Positions 28,093 through 37,395 of a stretch of 64,000 nt of DNA are shown in pieces (positions within the stretch are counted from its first letter, which is position 1; every line of letters starts with the position of its first letter). Origin of the DNA: a bacterium (GTDB lineage Bacteria; UBP15; UBA6099); contig DAOSYA010000001.1 of assembly GCA_035380865.1 (NCBI GenBank), positions 61,044-125,043 of the forward strand, read 5' to 3'. Both the position numbers and the translations under genes were made by a program. Below the pieces are notes generated by a model. It saw only the letters and a program-made list of their open reading frames with translations, did no database searches and was not told the origin of the DNA.

Positions 28093-28849
28093 CAGGATTA
28101 GAGAGATACTGAGGCTGGTGGAAGCGGGCGAACTGCCGGCGGAGAAGGCTTACGAAAGCCTCAAAACATTGCCGTTCGAGGACATGGGCTTCGCGCGGCT
28201 GGATCATCACAGGGTTCTTCGGAAAGGCTATCCGGAAGTTATTTATTGCAGCGGTAAAACGAGTTCGCGGATAAAGGCAATAGCCGAATCTTTTGTCGAA
28301 AAGAGAATAAATATGTTGCTTACCCGCGCGGGCGAGGATGTCTATGATGTAGTGCGGGAAATCGAGCCTGAGGCGGAGTACAACAGGGATGCGCGCGCGA
28401 TATGGAAGATTTACAACCCGCTTCCGAAAAGTGTTAAACCGGTTCTTGTGATAACGGCTGGCACGTCTGATATACCGGTGGCCGAGGAAGCGTGCGTTAC
28501 CGCGGAAACCATGGGTTGCGGGGTCAAAAGGCTTTACGATGCCGGTGTAGCCGGAATACACAGGGTTTTTCATAATCACGAAGAAATCGAATCCGCCGGC
28601 TCAATCGTTGTGGTTGCCGGAATGGAAGGCGCGCTGGCGAGCGTGGTGGGGGGGCTGACCGGCAGACCGGTGGTGGCGGTGCCCACGAGCGTGGGTTACG
28701 GGGCTTCTTTCAATGGGCTGTCGGCGTTGCTCGGAATGTTGAATTCCTGCTCGCCCGGAGTTGCGGTAGTGAACATCGACAACGGGTTCGGCGCCGGGTA
28801 TTTTGCGGCTGTTGTGTGCCGGGAGTCGGGTGTCGAGGAGGTTGTTTAG
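28082..28849 (+). CDS. larB: nickel-pincer cofactor biosynthesis protein LarB (PurE-like carboxylase/hydrolase)
   Basis: VLVITAGTSDIPVAEEA, AGMEGALASVVGGL and PVVAVPTSVGYG. Confidence 0.85.
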   Translation: MASDRIREILRLVEAGELPAEKAYESLKTLPFEDMGFARLDHHRVLRKGYPEVIYCSGKTSSRIKAIAESFVEKRINMLLTRAGEDVYDVVREIEPEAEYNRDARAIWKIYNPLPKSVKPVLVITAGTSDIPVAEEACVTAETMGCGVKRLYDAGVAGIHRVFHNHEEIESAGSIVVVAGMEGALASVVGGLTGRPVVAVPTSVGYGASFNGLSALLGMLNSCSPGVAVVNIDNGFGAGYFAAVVCRESGVEEVV

Positions 28850-29685
28850 TGGCAGGCGGTATCCGGATAGTCACAGACAGCACGTCGGACATTAACGCTG
28901 AGCTTGCAAAGAAACTCGATGTCACGGTTGTTCCATTGAACGTGAGATTCGGCAATGAGAATTTCAAAGACAGGATCGATCTGGACAGCAGGAAATTTTT
29001 TCAGTTGCTTGAGGCGGCGGACGAACTGCCCACGACATCGCTGCCTTCGCCCGGGGATGTACAGGCAGTATATGAAGAGCTTGTAAAGAAATACGACTCG
29101 ATTATATCAATTCACATATCAAGCAAAATGAGCGGAACTTTTCAGTCGGCGAGGGCGGCTTCGTTCGAGTTTCCCGACAGAGATATTGTCGTGATAGATT
29201 CGGAATACGTGGCGTCGGCGCTGATGATAATTGTAGTGAGGGCGGCGAGAGAAGTTAAAAAAGGAGCCGACAGGGACAGCGTGCTCGGCAGGATAAAGGA
29301 AGACATTTCAAAGATGGATATTTTCTTTGTGGTCGATTCACTGGATTACCTGCAGCGCGGCGGCAGGATGGGGCTTACAAGCCATGTGATAGGCAGCCTT
29401 TTGAATGTCAAGCCTATTCTCACTGTCAGAGACGGCGTGATAGACACGAAATCAAAAGTCAGAAGCCTGAAAAAAGCATTCAGAAAAGTGGTTGAACTGA
29501 TAGAGGAGAAGCATGAGAAACCGGAGCTTGCGGTTATAAGCCACGGGCGTGCCATGGATGAATCGAAGGAACTGGAGAAAATGCTTCGCTCGGATTATCC
29601 TGATCTCGAGGTGCTCGGTTCGGAGATAGGGCCGGTTATAGGAACGCACACCGGGCCGGGCTGTATTGAAATAGCAATTGTCTGA
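28849..29685 (+). CDS. DegV-family fatty-acid-binding protein
   Basis: IRIVTDSTSDI opening with DegV length and layout. The proposed GTG 28849 shares its G with the last base of the larB stop. Confidence 0.85.
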   Translation: MAGGIRIVTDSTSDINAELAKKLDVTVVPLNVRFGNENFKDRIDLDSRKFFQLLEAADELPTTSLPSPGDVQAVYEELVKKYDSIISIHISSKMSGTFQSARAASFEFPDRDIVVIDSEYVASALMIIVVRAAREVKKGADRDSVLGRIKEDISKMDIFFVVDSLDYLQRGGRMGLTSHVIGSLLNVKPILTVRDGVIDTKSKVRSLKKAFRKVVELIEEKHEKPELAVISHGRAMDESKELEKMLRSDYPDLEVLGSEIGPVIGTHTGPGCIEIAIV

Positions 29686-29695
29686 CCACGGCTTT

Positions 29696-31108
29696 CTAAT
29701 GATTACCCGGAAAAATTATTCTCAGCGATCGCTGCATTATTATCCTGAGCTGAGAGAATGAGTGAAGTTCTCTGAGCAGTCCCAGTACTATCGACGGGCG
29801 CAGGTAGAATCTGAAATGCGCCCTGCGCTGGATTTTTATGAATTCTTCGTGCGGTATCGAGTCGTCGCAATAGCTCAGGCTGTGAATGTACGTTTCGTCG
29901 TAATTGAGGCTCTTCAGTTTTCCTTCAGATCTCAGCCGGTCGAAAAGATCGCTGCCCGGGAAAGGCGTGAAATTGAAAAAATTCGCCCTGTTGAGGTTCA
30001 GCTTCATAGAGAGTTCTATGGTTTTCTTCATGTCGCTGATCGTTTCGCCGGGGAACCCGAGAATGAAAAAACCGGTGACCCTGATTCCGTGTTTTCTCAA
30101 CAGGTCGATTTTTTCCGGAATCATTTCCAGCTTCAATTTCTTCTTCATAAGGTCGAGAACCTGCTGGGAACCGGATTCGATGCCCACGGCGGTTGAATAG
30201 CAGCCCGCGCGTTTCATAGTCGCGACAAGTTCATCGTCGAGGCAGTCCAGCCTCACTCCCGTCGGGCAGGCCCATACGATATTCATGTTTTTTTCTATCA
30301 GTTTCTCGCAGACTTCGATGGCGAAAGCCCTGTCGGCGACGAAATTATCATCCATGATATGGATTTCTTCTATTCCGTATTCTTTGTGCAGAGTTTCAAT
30401 TTCCGAGATGACGCTGCCGGCGTTTCTGTGGCGGACCTTTTTCCCCATCGCGCGGCCCGCGCCGCAGAATGTGCAGGGAAACGGGCAGCCCCTCGACGTG
30501 ATTATCGGCGCGATTCTTTTCTTCATGGTGAAGATGCCATTGGGAAAGAGCGAAAAACGGTTGGGTTCTATAAGGTCCCATGCAGGCGGGTCAAGTGTCG
30601 AGATGTCGCCGATGATTTTCCGGGGGGTATGAAAATATTCTTCCCCGTCTCTGAACACCAGGTTCGGAACGTTTTCGAGTTCGGATTTCGGTGGGTTATC
30701 GTATTTTTCTATCAGGCCGGCAAGCATTGGGAGTGTCTCTTCTCCCTCGCCGGATACTACAAAATCGAAAGAGGGGATTCTCTCGAAAATTTCTTCAGGC
30801 TCGAATATCGCGTGAGGGCCGCCCGCGACAAGAAAGACTTCGGGGAATCTTCTTCTGATTGCTTCAGCGTATTTTGCTGCGGAAGAAAAATAAGGCGTGA
30901 ATATACTGATTCCGACAATGTGGGGCCGCGCGCGCGCGACATTTTGAGCCACCTGTTCGGGCATCAGGCCGTCGCGTGCCGCGTTGCACACAGAAGGCTC
31001 GTGGCCCGCACGCCTCAGGGCGGTCGATATGTATCCAAGTGAATAGCTCGGAATTATAAGGTATGATTCCAGGCCGATGCGCTTTGGATCTATAAGTAAA
31101 ACTTTCAT
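29696..31108 (-). CDS. B12-binding-domain radical SAM protein (class B)
   Basis: N-terminal MKVLLIDPK Rossmann-like domain with LVAGGPHAIF, the core SRGCPFPCTFC, then GIESGSQQVL and GFPGET. Confidence 0.85.
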   Translation of the reverse strand: MKVLLIDPKRIGLESYLIIPSYSLGYISTALRRAGHEPSVCNAARDGLMPEQVAQNVARARPHIVGISIFTPYFSSAAKYAEAIRRRFPEVFLVAGGPHAIFEPEEIFERIPSFDFVVSGEGEETLPMLAGLIEKYDNPPKSELENVPNLVFRDGEEYFHTPRKIIGDISTLDPPAWDLIEPNRFSLFPNGIFTMKKRIAPIITSRGCPFPCTFCGAGRAMGKKVRHRNAGSVISEIETLHKEYGIEEIHIMDDNFVADRAFAIEVCEKLIEKNMNIVWACPTGVRLDCLDDELVATMKRAGCYSTAVGIESGSQQVLDLMKKKLKLEMIPEKIDLLRKHGIRVTGFFILGFPGETISDMKKTIELSMKLNLNRANFFNFTPFPGSDLFDRLRSEGKLKSLNYDETYIHSLSYCDDSIPHEEFIKIQRRAHFRFYLRPSIVLGLLRELHSFSQLRIIMQRSLRIIFPGNH

Positions 31109-31181
31109 CAGAACGCCGTACCTTTTCGTTGCTGGCTAATATTGTAATCTAAAGGTGAAAATAAGAGTAGGCTTATGAAAT

Positions 31182-31961
31182 TCAGACTCTGCGTTTACGA
31201 ATTGCGCCCCTGCACTCGCCGATAAGCATTCTGAATTCATTTATCTCCTTAAACGGATCGAACTTGCTATCGGAATCGGCCCTGAGGAATCTGTAGATCG
31301 AGGGGGTCTGCCCGTATTTATCTGTGAAAAGGCACATTTTGGTGAAGAATTCGGCGTTGGCGGAGAAACCCGAACCGGTGATCAGACTGTCACCCATCGA
31401 GCCGAAAGCTTTTTTGACAACCGAGGCGCGGTACATTTTAAGGAAGTAGGTGTAATCCGTCGTATCCGGAAGCCTGAAACATGTCCTGAGCAGGAAGTTG
31501 GCAGATGCGCTTATCGCCGCTCTGACCGGCGGGAATCCCCGGCACGCGCCACCCTCCATATATCTCGAAGCGGAAATCACATCTGTTCCGTTTCGGAAAA
31601 TCTCCATCATGCGGGCAATCGTTTCGGGGTCGTTCGAGCCGTCGGCTTCGATGAAGACGAGTGGGTCTTCGTCCGCGGCTTTCCCGGCGGCTTCGGCGAA
31701 ACCGGCGCGCAGAACCTCGCCTATGCCTCTGTTTTTTTCGAACTTTATCAGCGAGATATTTTTGTTCAGGGCATGTTCCGAGATGATCGTTGCCGAGCCG
31801 TCCGAGCTGCCGTCGTCAACAGTTATAAAATGGAAATCTTCATCGATGGACCCGCATACCCGCGCAAGCCCGTCTATCACTCTGCTGATACTGACGGATT
31901 CATTGTACACAGGAATTACGAAATAGATCATATCGACCGGGCTGCCGTAAATTTTTATCAA
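31182..31961 (-). CDS. GT2 glycosyltransferase, DPM1-like polyprenyl-phosphate sugar synthase
   Basis: YFVIPVYNES, VDDGSSDGS and FIEADGSNDP. TTG 31961 lies behind GAGGT; ATG 31931 is an alternative start. Confidence 0.8.
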   Translation of the reverse strand: MIKIYGSPVDMIYFVIPVYNESVSISRVIDGLARVCGSIDEDFHFITVDDGSSDGSATIISEHALNKNISLIKFEKNRGIGEVLRAGFAEAAGKAADEDPLVFIEADGSNDPETIARMMEIFRNGTDVISASRYMEGGACRGFPPVRAAISASANFLLRTCFRLPDTTDYTYFLKMYRASVVKKAFGSMGDSLITGSGFSANAEFFTKMCLFTDKYGQTPSIYRFLRADSDSKFDPFKEINEFRMLIGECRGAIRKRRV

Positions 31962-32088
31962 TTATACCTCATTGCAGGCAAAGGTTGCATCATGTCGCCG
32001 CCAAAATGATCCGGATTATCCCTTTTATAAACCTACACATTAATCAAGAACCACGATAAAATACATTCACATCTTTAAATTCCTGGGT

Positions 32089-33459
32089 GTGGGCAGGTAC
32101 ATGGCAGGCTTCATAGCACAATTTTTACCGCTGGTTTTATTTTCAATGCTGGTGATCCACTTTGTGTTCAGGGGCGGAAGGCGCACCGTCCGTGGCTTGA
32201 ACGTGAGGAATATCCTGCTCATTGGCTTTGCGATGCTTTTCTACAGGTCGTTTATAATGGCGATGTGGATGGTGAGCGCGAAAGGGTTCGTGCTTTTTCT
32301 GGCGCTTGTGATGCTGTGGTGCGTGTGGCGTAGAAAAACATGGCGCAGCCGGGCGGCGGGGTTTGTTAAGAATTTTATTTTACTGTTCCCGGTATTCATG
32401 ACTTTCATGGTGCTGGTGTTTTCAGTAACGCTCCAGGACAGGTGCGAGCTTGTTTCGAAACAGCCCGGGGTCCGTGCCGTATTCTCTTTCTGTGATGCAA
32501 GCAACGAGGCTGTAGCGGAAAAATATGCAAGCAATGTGTATCATTGCAGGAATGCGTTTCTGAGCGCGGATCGCAAACTGGTCTACACCGGTTTCGGGGC
32601 GGAGACCAACAACAAAGTGCAGGCGCTTCTCGGGGTCGATCCGGCAACGGGAAAAATCGAGAGACATCTGAGCACTTATACCGTTTTTCGCGGTTACTGC
32701 GATAAAGAAAATTCAGTTTGTGTACACCTTGTTTCCCCGAAAGATACAATAAGGATATGGGATGATGAAAAGCAGGTTGCTATAGATCAGTATGTAACGC
32801 CGAAAGACAGGCCGCGGTTCCTCGCGCCCGATCAGGAAAATGGTGATTTGTATGTGGCGTCGGATGCGGACTGGATTGCGCGTGTTGACCTTAAAGAGAA
32901 AAAAGTCGTCGAGAAGATAAAGGTTCCAACGGGCTCGTTGCTGACGATAGACGACACGCGCGAGAAGATCGTCGGGACGATCAACATGGGGTTCAGGAAC
33001 GTTCTGATGGTAGTGGATAAAAAGAGCCGTGAGGTCGAGAATATCCGCGTGGGGTCGTTGAATATGTGGAAGAGCCTCGGGTTCTTTTTTCATGTCGCCG
33101 CAGATCCCGTGCGGGAGCGGGTTTTTGTTGCGGCGCCGTTCGAGTGCGCGGTTTATATGGTTGATCTGAAAACGAAGAAAACCGTCTGGCGGGTCAAGCT
33201 GCCCATAGGTATAAGGGACCTGACTTATGATACGAAAAGGGATGTGCTTTATGCGAGTAATTTTGTGAACGGTTATGTTTACAAAATAAAGGCGGAGGGG
33301 GATTCGCCGCAGAGGGCCGGCAGGATTTTTCTCGGCAAAAGGCTTCGATATTTTAATTATGAGCCGGACATGGATATTTTTCTTGGAGCATCCGCAAACG
33401 GCTTTTTTATGTATGACCCGGAAGTGGAAGATGCTGTGGCGGAGAACAGCGTTAATTGA
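32089..33459 (+). CDS. membrane protein (about 4 TM) with C-terminal beta-propeller-like domain
   Basis: The hydrophobic N-terminal third is followed by repeated strand-rich units (DLYVASDADWIARVDL, RVFVAAPFECAVYMVDL, VLYASNFVNGYVYKI) reminiscent of YncE/YVTN propellers. Start is GTG 32089 or ATG 32101. Confidence 0.55.
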   Translation: MGRYMAGFIAQFLPLVLFSMLVIHFVFRGGRRTVRGLNVRNILLIGFAMLFYRSFIMAMWMVSAKGFVLFLALVMLWCVWRRKTWRSRAAGFVKNFILLFPVFMTFMVLVFSVTLQDRCELVSKQPGVRAVFSFCDASNEAVAEKYASNVYHCRNAFLSADRKLVYTGFGAETNNKVQALLGVDPATGKIERHLSTYTVFRGYCDKENSVCVHLVSPKDTIRIWDDEKQVAIDQYVTPKDRPRFLAPDQENGDLYVASDADWIARVDLKEKKVVEKIKVPTGSLLTIDDTREKIVGTINMGFRNVLMVVDKKSREVENIRVGSLNMWKSLGFFFHVAADPVRERVFVAAPFECAVYMVDLKTKKTVWRVKLPIGIRDLTYDTKRDVLYASNFVNGYVYKIKAEGDSPQRAGRIFLGKRLRYFNYEPDMDIFLGASANGFFMYDPEVEDAVAENSVN

Positions 33460-33472
33460 AGAGAGGTAAGGG

Positions 33473-35896
33473 TTGAATTTTCTCGGGCTGATATTTTTTG
33501 CTGCTGTTGCGATTTTTGTCCTGTCGTTTTTCTTCAAGGCGATGGCGCATCTCTTCAGGCTGTTCGGATGGATCGCTTCGGATGTTTCGAAGGCCGCGGC
33601 AAAGGTTCTGGAATATCAGCCTGCACCCGAAAAGAAAGAGAAGGCGGAACCGGTCGAAAGCGAAACAGTGGCGGCAGAGGAACCGGCCGGGCAAGAAATC
33701 GCGGCGGTTCCCGCAAGAAAAGCGCAGGTGGCGGAAAAAGAGACTGAAGTTGCGTTTCAGGATACAGAGACTGAAAAGGGCTGTAAAAAATCGGTTAGAG
33801 AAGACGCGAAACGGCGAACGCAGGTTGACGTCAAAGAAAACGAAGACACTTCCCTTGTTGATACGCTCGTGTCGGCTGGAGTTGCTGCCGCAAGGATAGG
33901 GGTGAGAGCGGCTGTAGCGCTGGGTGTGTATTTAAGAAGAATCCCCGCGGCTTTGAAAGCTCCTTTCCCGGTGCGGACGACTCTCGTTTGCGCGAAATTG
34001 TTTTTCTGCTATATGCCGATGGTTATATTTTTCAGGGTTCCCGATGTTTACGGGTACGGGCCGATAATCAATGCGGCGAAATGGCTTTTTGTCGTATACT
34101 GCGGGATTATTCTCCTGATATATTTTCTGCGCGTGCTTATCCCGATTGATCTCGAGGGCATATTCCGTTTTGAATCGGACGGTGAAAATGACAGCATGCC
34201 CGGAATAGTCAAGTTCAGAACCGCATTGTATACGATACTGATACTGGCATTTTCAGCGGTGGTCCTGGTAAAGCTCGTCTGGCTCGGGATTCTGATTCTT
34301 GGTTTTTTCTATTCACTTGTTTATTTCTTTGCTTTTGCGAGGCGTGGCCGGAAAGGTTTCACCTTCGGGAAGTTTCTGGTCTCGTGGATCATATTCGGGG
34401 TTTTTGTAACCATCGCGATCGTTGTTTTCTATAAGGGCGGAATGTTCGAGCCGGTCGCCGGAATGATAGTCGCTCCGATAATTCTCATCACTCTCGTATT
34501 TATTCAAATGCTCTGGGTGATGAGCAGGAAATACGAAGTTTCGGAAGGTTTCAATGAGCTTCCGGTTCGTCGCGTGGCATCATGGCTTAATCTGTTTCTG
34601 ATGCCGCTTGCGAAACTTGCTGTTGCAATTCCTCTTTTCTATTTTGTGATCCTTTTCGCTTCCGTCAACAGTGTCGGGTTTTTACTGGGGCTGATGGCGG
34701 TGACGTTGATAGTCGTTATTCCCGCCAGGATCAGAAAAGGGAAAGCGATGCTGGTGGAAGGGCGGTTGTTTCTCTGGTATATGCTTGTTGTGTGGATGTC
34801 GATTTTTTATATCCAGAGCTATAACAGGATTCCGCCCGCGCAGTCGGTTTGCGACGGTGTTTGCGAGAATGAAAACATCGTCGGTGTCTGGTCTATGAAA
34901 GAATACCGGAAGCATGGTTTTCTAAAAGGCGCTCTTCCTTATGACACAGTGTTCGATCCTGAAGCCGGAGCGGTGTTTATCACTTTTAAAAATCTCAGCG
35001 GCTACGGGTCGATTGTGCGGGTCAAGCCCGGGGACGGCAGGGTGGTGGCGAGAGTAACGCCTGAAAACGACCGTTTCCCCGGAAAGGTGTTTTATCCGGA
35101 GCGGCTTTGCATTGACCGTAAAGCGTGCCGGTTGTATTCAACCACGAAAGCAAGCGGAAACTTTCAGCTTCTCGGCCTGAATTACAGCGCAGGCGGTCTT
35201 GAGCTGAGGGATCGGATACGGTTCGCCGAATATGAAACAACCAACTGTGAAGTGTCTGAAAACGGGGATGTGAACATAATATTTCTTGGTCCGCCCGACA
35301 GCCATCTCAGGTTTGTTGATGCGGCATCGAGGCAGCAGACGGGAGAGGTGCATTTCGGCAAGTTCGGTTATGCCGATTATTTCGCGCTCGATGAGAAACG
35401 CGACAGGATAATTGTTCCGTCGCTGGATCCCGCGAACAGGTTCAGGGTTTATGAAGTAAGCAGGGTCGGTTCCGGGTCCCCGATAGTGAGAAAAAGAATG
35501 GTCGCGTTCAGGTTCGACCTGCCCGGCGGGATGACGGTTCATATCCCGGTTCCGACGCTTGGGATTGCACTTAGCAAATCGAACAACATGTTATATTTCA
35601 CATGTCCTTTTCTCAGGATTATATTCGAAGTCGATGCGGATACTTTTGAAATGAAGCGTTGGAAATTCGCAGGGCGATTCCCGCGCGAGATAGCAGTCAT
35701 GGAAGACAGGGGCATGCTGGTTGTGGCGAATTATGGAAGCGGTACGGTGGATTTCATTGACATTAAAAGCCTGGAACTGCGCAAGCGGCTGAGGGTCGGC
35801 AAGCTCGTGAGAAGCATAGAGATTGAGCCGGAAACAGGACGGGTGTTTATTGCCGCGGCCTGCGGCGTTTTTGAGATCATTCTTCCTGATGAATGA
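33473..35896 (+). CDS. large polytopic membrane protein with E/K/A-rich linker and C-terminal beta-propeller-like domain
   Basis: TTG start behind AGGTAAGG. The order is one TM, a charged low-complexity stretch, roughly ten TM helices, then propeller-like repeats (MLVVANYGSGTVDFIDI, RVFIAAACGVFEI). Confidence 0.55.
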   Translation: MNFLGLIFFAAVAIFVLSFFFKAMAHLFRLFGWIASDVSKAAAKVLEYQPAPEKKEKAEPVESETVAAEEPAGQEIAAVPARKAQVAEKETEVAFQDTETEKGCKKSVREDAKRRTQVDVKENEDTSLVDTLVSAGVAAARIGVRAAVALGVYLRRIPAALKAPFPVRTTLVCAKLFFCYMPMVIFFRVPDVYGYGPIINAAKWLFVVYCGIILLIYFLRVLIPIDLEGIFRFESDGENDSMPGIVKFRTALYTILILAFSAVVLVKLVWLGILILGFFYSLVYFFAFARRGRKGFTFGKFLVSWIIFGVFVTIAIVVFYKGGMFEPVAGMIVAPIILITLVFIQMLWVMSRKYEVSEGFNELPVRRVASWLNLFLMPLAKLAVAIPLFYFVILFASVNSVGFLLGLMAVTLIVVIPARIRKGKAMLVEGRLFLWYMLVVWMSIFYIQSYNRIPPAQSVCDGVCENENIVGVWSMKEYRKHGFLKGALPYDTVFDPEAGAVFITFKNLSGYGSIVRVKPGDGRVVARVTPENDRFPGKVFYPERLCIDRKACRLYSTTKASGNFQLLGLNYSAGGLELRDRIRFAEYETTNCEVSENGDVNIIFLGPPDSHLRFVDAASRQQTGEVHFGKFGYADYFALDEKRDRIIVPSLDPANRFRVYEVSRVGSGSPIVRKRMVAFRFDLPGGMTVHIPVPTLGIALSKSNNMLYFTCPFLRIIFEVDADTFEMKRWKFAGRFPREIAVMEDRGMLVVANYGSGTVDFIDIKSLELRKRLRVGKLVRSIEIEPETGRVFIAAACGVFEIILPDE

Positions 35897-35955
35897 AATA
35901 TGGTTTACAATCCATTCAGATTAATTTTGCTGGGAATGAAAACTGGAGATAAAAA

Positions 35956-37395
35956 TTGGGCAGAATAAAGCTCGCTCTGATAATAGCGCCGCTCGATATA
36001 GATGTCGGAATGAAAGAGAGCCTTCCGCATATCGGGATTGCTTATATTGCGGGCAATGTTGATGCTCAAAAAACGGAAGTAAGGATTTTCGACTGCCCCG
36101 CGCTGAGGATGACGGGTGAGCGGCTGATAAGGGAGTTGAAGCAGTACAGGCCCGATGTGGTCGGCCTGACGGCCATGACTCACCAGATCGATGCGACGGC
36201 GAAAACCGCGGAGTCGGTCAAAAGAGTATTGCCGGACAGCAAAATAATAATCGGCGGTTATCACGTAAGCGCTGTGCCGGTCGAGACGATTCAAAGATAT
36301 CCAGTATTCGACATAGGAGTTGCCGGAGAGGGCGAACTGACACTGAGAGAGCTGACTTCTTTGTTTGCCGATGAGGGGCTCGATGCCGACATATCGGGAA
36401 TCCCCGGGGTGTGTTACAGGGTTAACGGCGAGACTGCGTTTACGGGGATACGCCCTTTTATCGAGGATCTGGATTCACTGTCATACCCGGCTTATCACCT
36501 GATGCCGATGGAACGTTATATCGGCTTTTACAGCATGCTCGCCGTGCCGCGGCGAACTGTGGCGATAGTGACGGGGAGAGGCTGCCCGTATAAATGTATT
36601 TTCTGCTACAAAGCGATGGGAGAGAAATACAGGACGAGAAAAGTGGCCTCGGTGATCGAGGAGCTTAAATGGGATATTTCCGAATATCAGATAAAAGATT
36701 TTGTGATTACTGATGAATCATTCCTGCTCAAGAAACAACGGATATATGAATTCTGCGAAACGATTATAAAAGAGAATATCAACAAGAAGGTTAACTGGAT
36801 ATGCCAGTCGCGGGTTGACCATGCCGACCCCGAGTTGCTGAAGTTGATGAAGACGGCGGGTTGCCGGGTGATTTCGTTCGGAGTCGAAACCGGGAATCAG
36901 CAGATGATGAAAGATATCGGGAAAGCTATTACAAAAGAGCAGGCGATAAACGCTGTGAGATGGGCGCGCGAGGCGGGCATATTCACTGATACCAATTATA
37001 TAATCGGGCATCCGGGCGAAACCCGGGAGACAATCAAAGAGACAATTGATTTTTCATTGAAATTGAATCCGGATGCCGCATCATTCTCGCTTCTTGTGCC
37101 TTTCCCCGGAACGGTCGTGGCCGATATGGCGGCCCGCGGCGAGGGAGGCCTCAAGCAGCTTTCCCATGATTACAGGCTTTTCGGCAAACAGGTCGGCGGC
37201 TCGATGGAGCTTGAAGACATACCGAGAGTCGAGCTTGAGAAATACCAGAGAACCGCATATATGAAGTTCTTTCTCAGGCCGGGTAAAATATTCAATCTGC
37301 TGCGTATCGTGAGCCTGAAGCTGATGTTCAAGATGGCGTGGCACAGTATCGTTTCGCGCGGAAAACCGGGCCGCGGCGATCATGAAACTCAATAG
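35956..37395 (+). CDS. B12-binding-domain radical SAM protein (class B)
   Basis: IIIGGYHVSAV, the core GRGCPYKCIFC, GVETGNQQMM and GHPGET. TTG start behind GGAGA. Confidence 0.85.
   Translation: MGRIKLALIIAPLDIDVGMKESLPHIGIAYIAGNVDAQKTEVRIFDCPALRMTGERLIRELKQYRPDVVGLTAMTHQIDATAKTAESVKRVLPDSKIIIGGYHVSAVPVETIQRYPVFDIGVAGEGELTLRELTSLFADEGLDADISGIPGVCYRVNGETAFTGIRPFIEDLDSLSYPAYHLMPMERYIGFYSMLAVPRRTVAIVTGRGCPYKCIFCYKAMGEKYRTRKVASVIEELKWDISEYQIKDFVITDESFLLKKQRIYEFCETIIKENINKKVNWICQSRVDHADPELLKLMKTAGCRVISFGVETGNQQMMKDIGKAITKEQAINAVRWAREAGIFTDTNYIIGHPGETRETIKETIDFSLKLNPDAASFSLLVPFPGTVVADMAARGEGGLKQLSHDYRLFGKQVGGSMELEDIPRVELEKYQRTAYMKFFLRPGKIFNLLRIVSLKLMFKMAWHSIVSRGKPGRGDHETQ

Noticed and set aside
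33498-33899. 133-aa extremely basic ORF (RRRNRSKAKQWRQRNRPGKK...) as a possible nucleic-acid-binding protein
   Set aside because: It is the +1 frame of the E/K/A-rich linker of the 807-aa membrane protein. GAA/AAG-rich DNA reads as Arg/Lys in the shifted frame.
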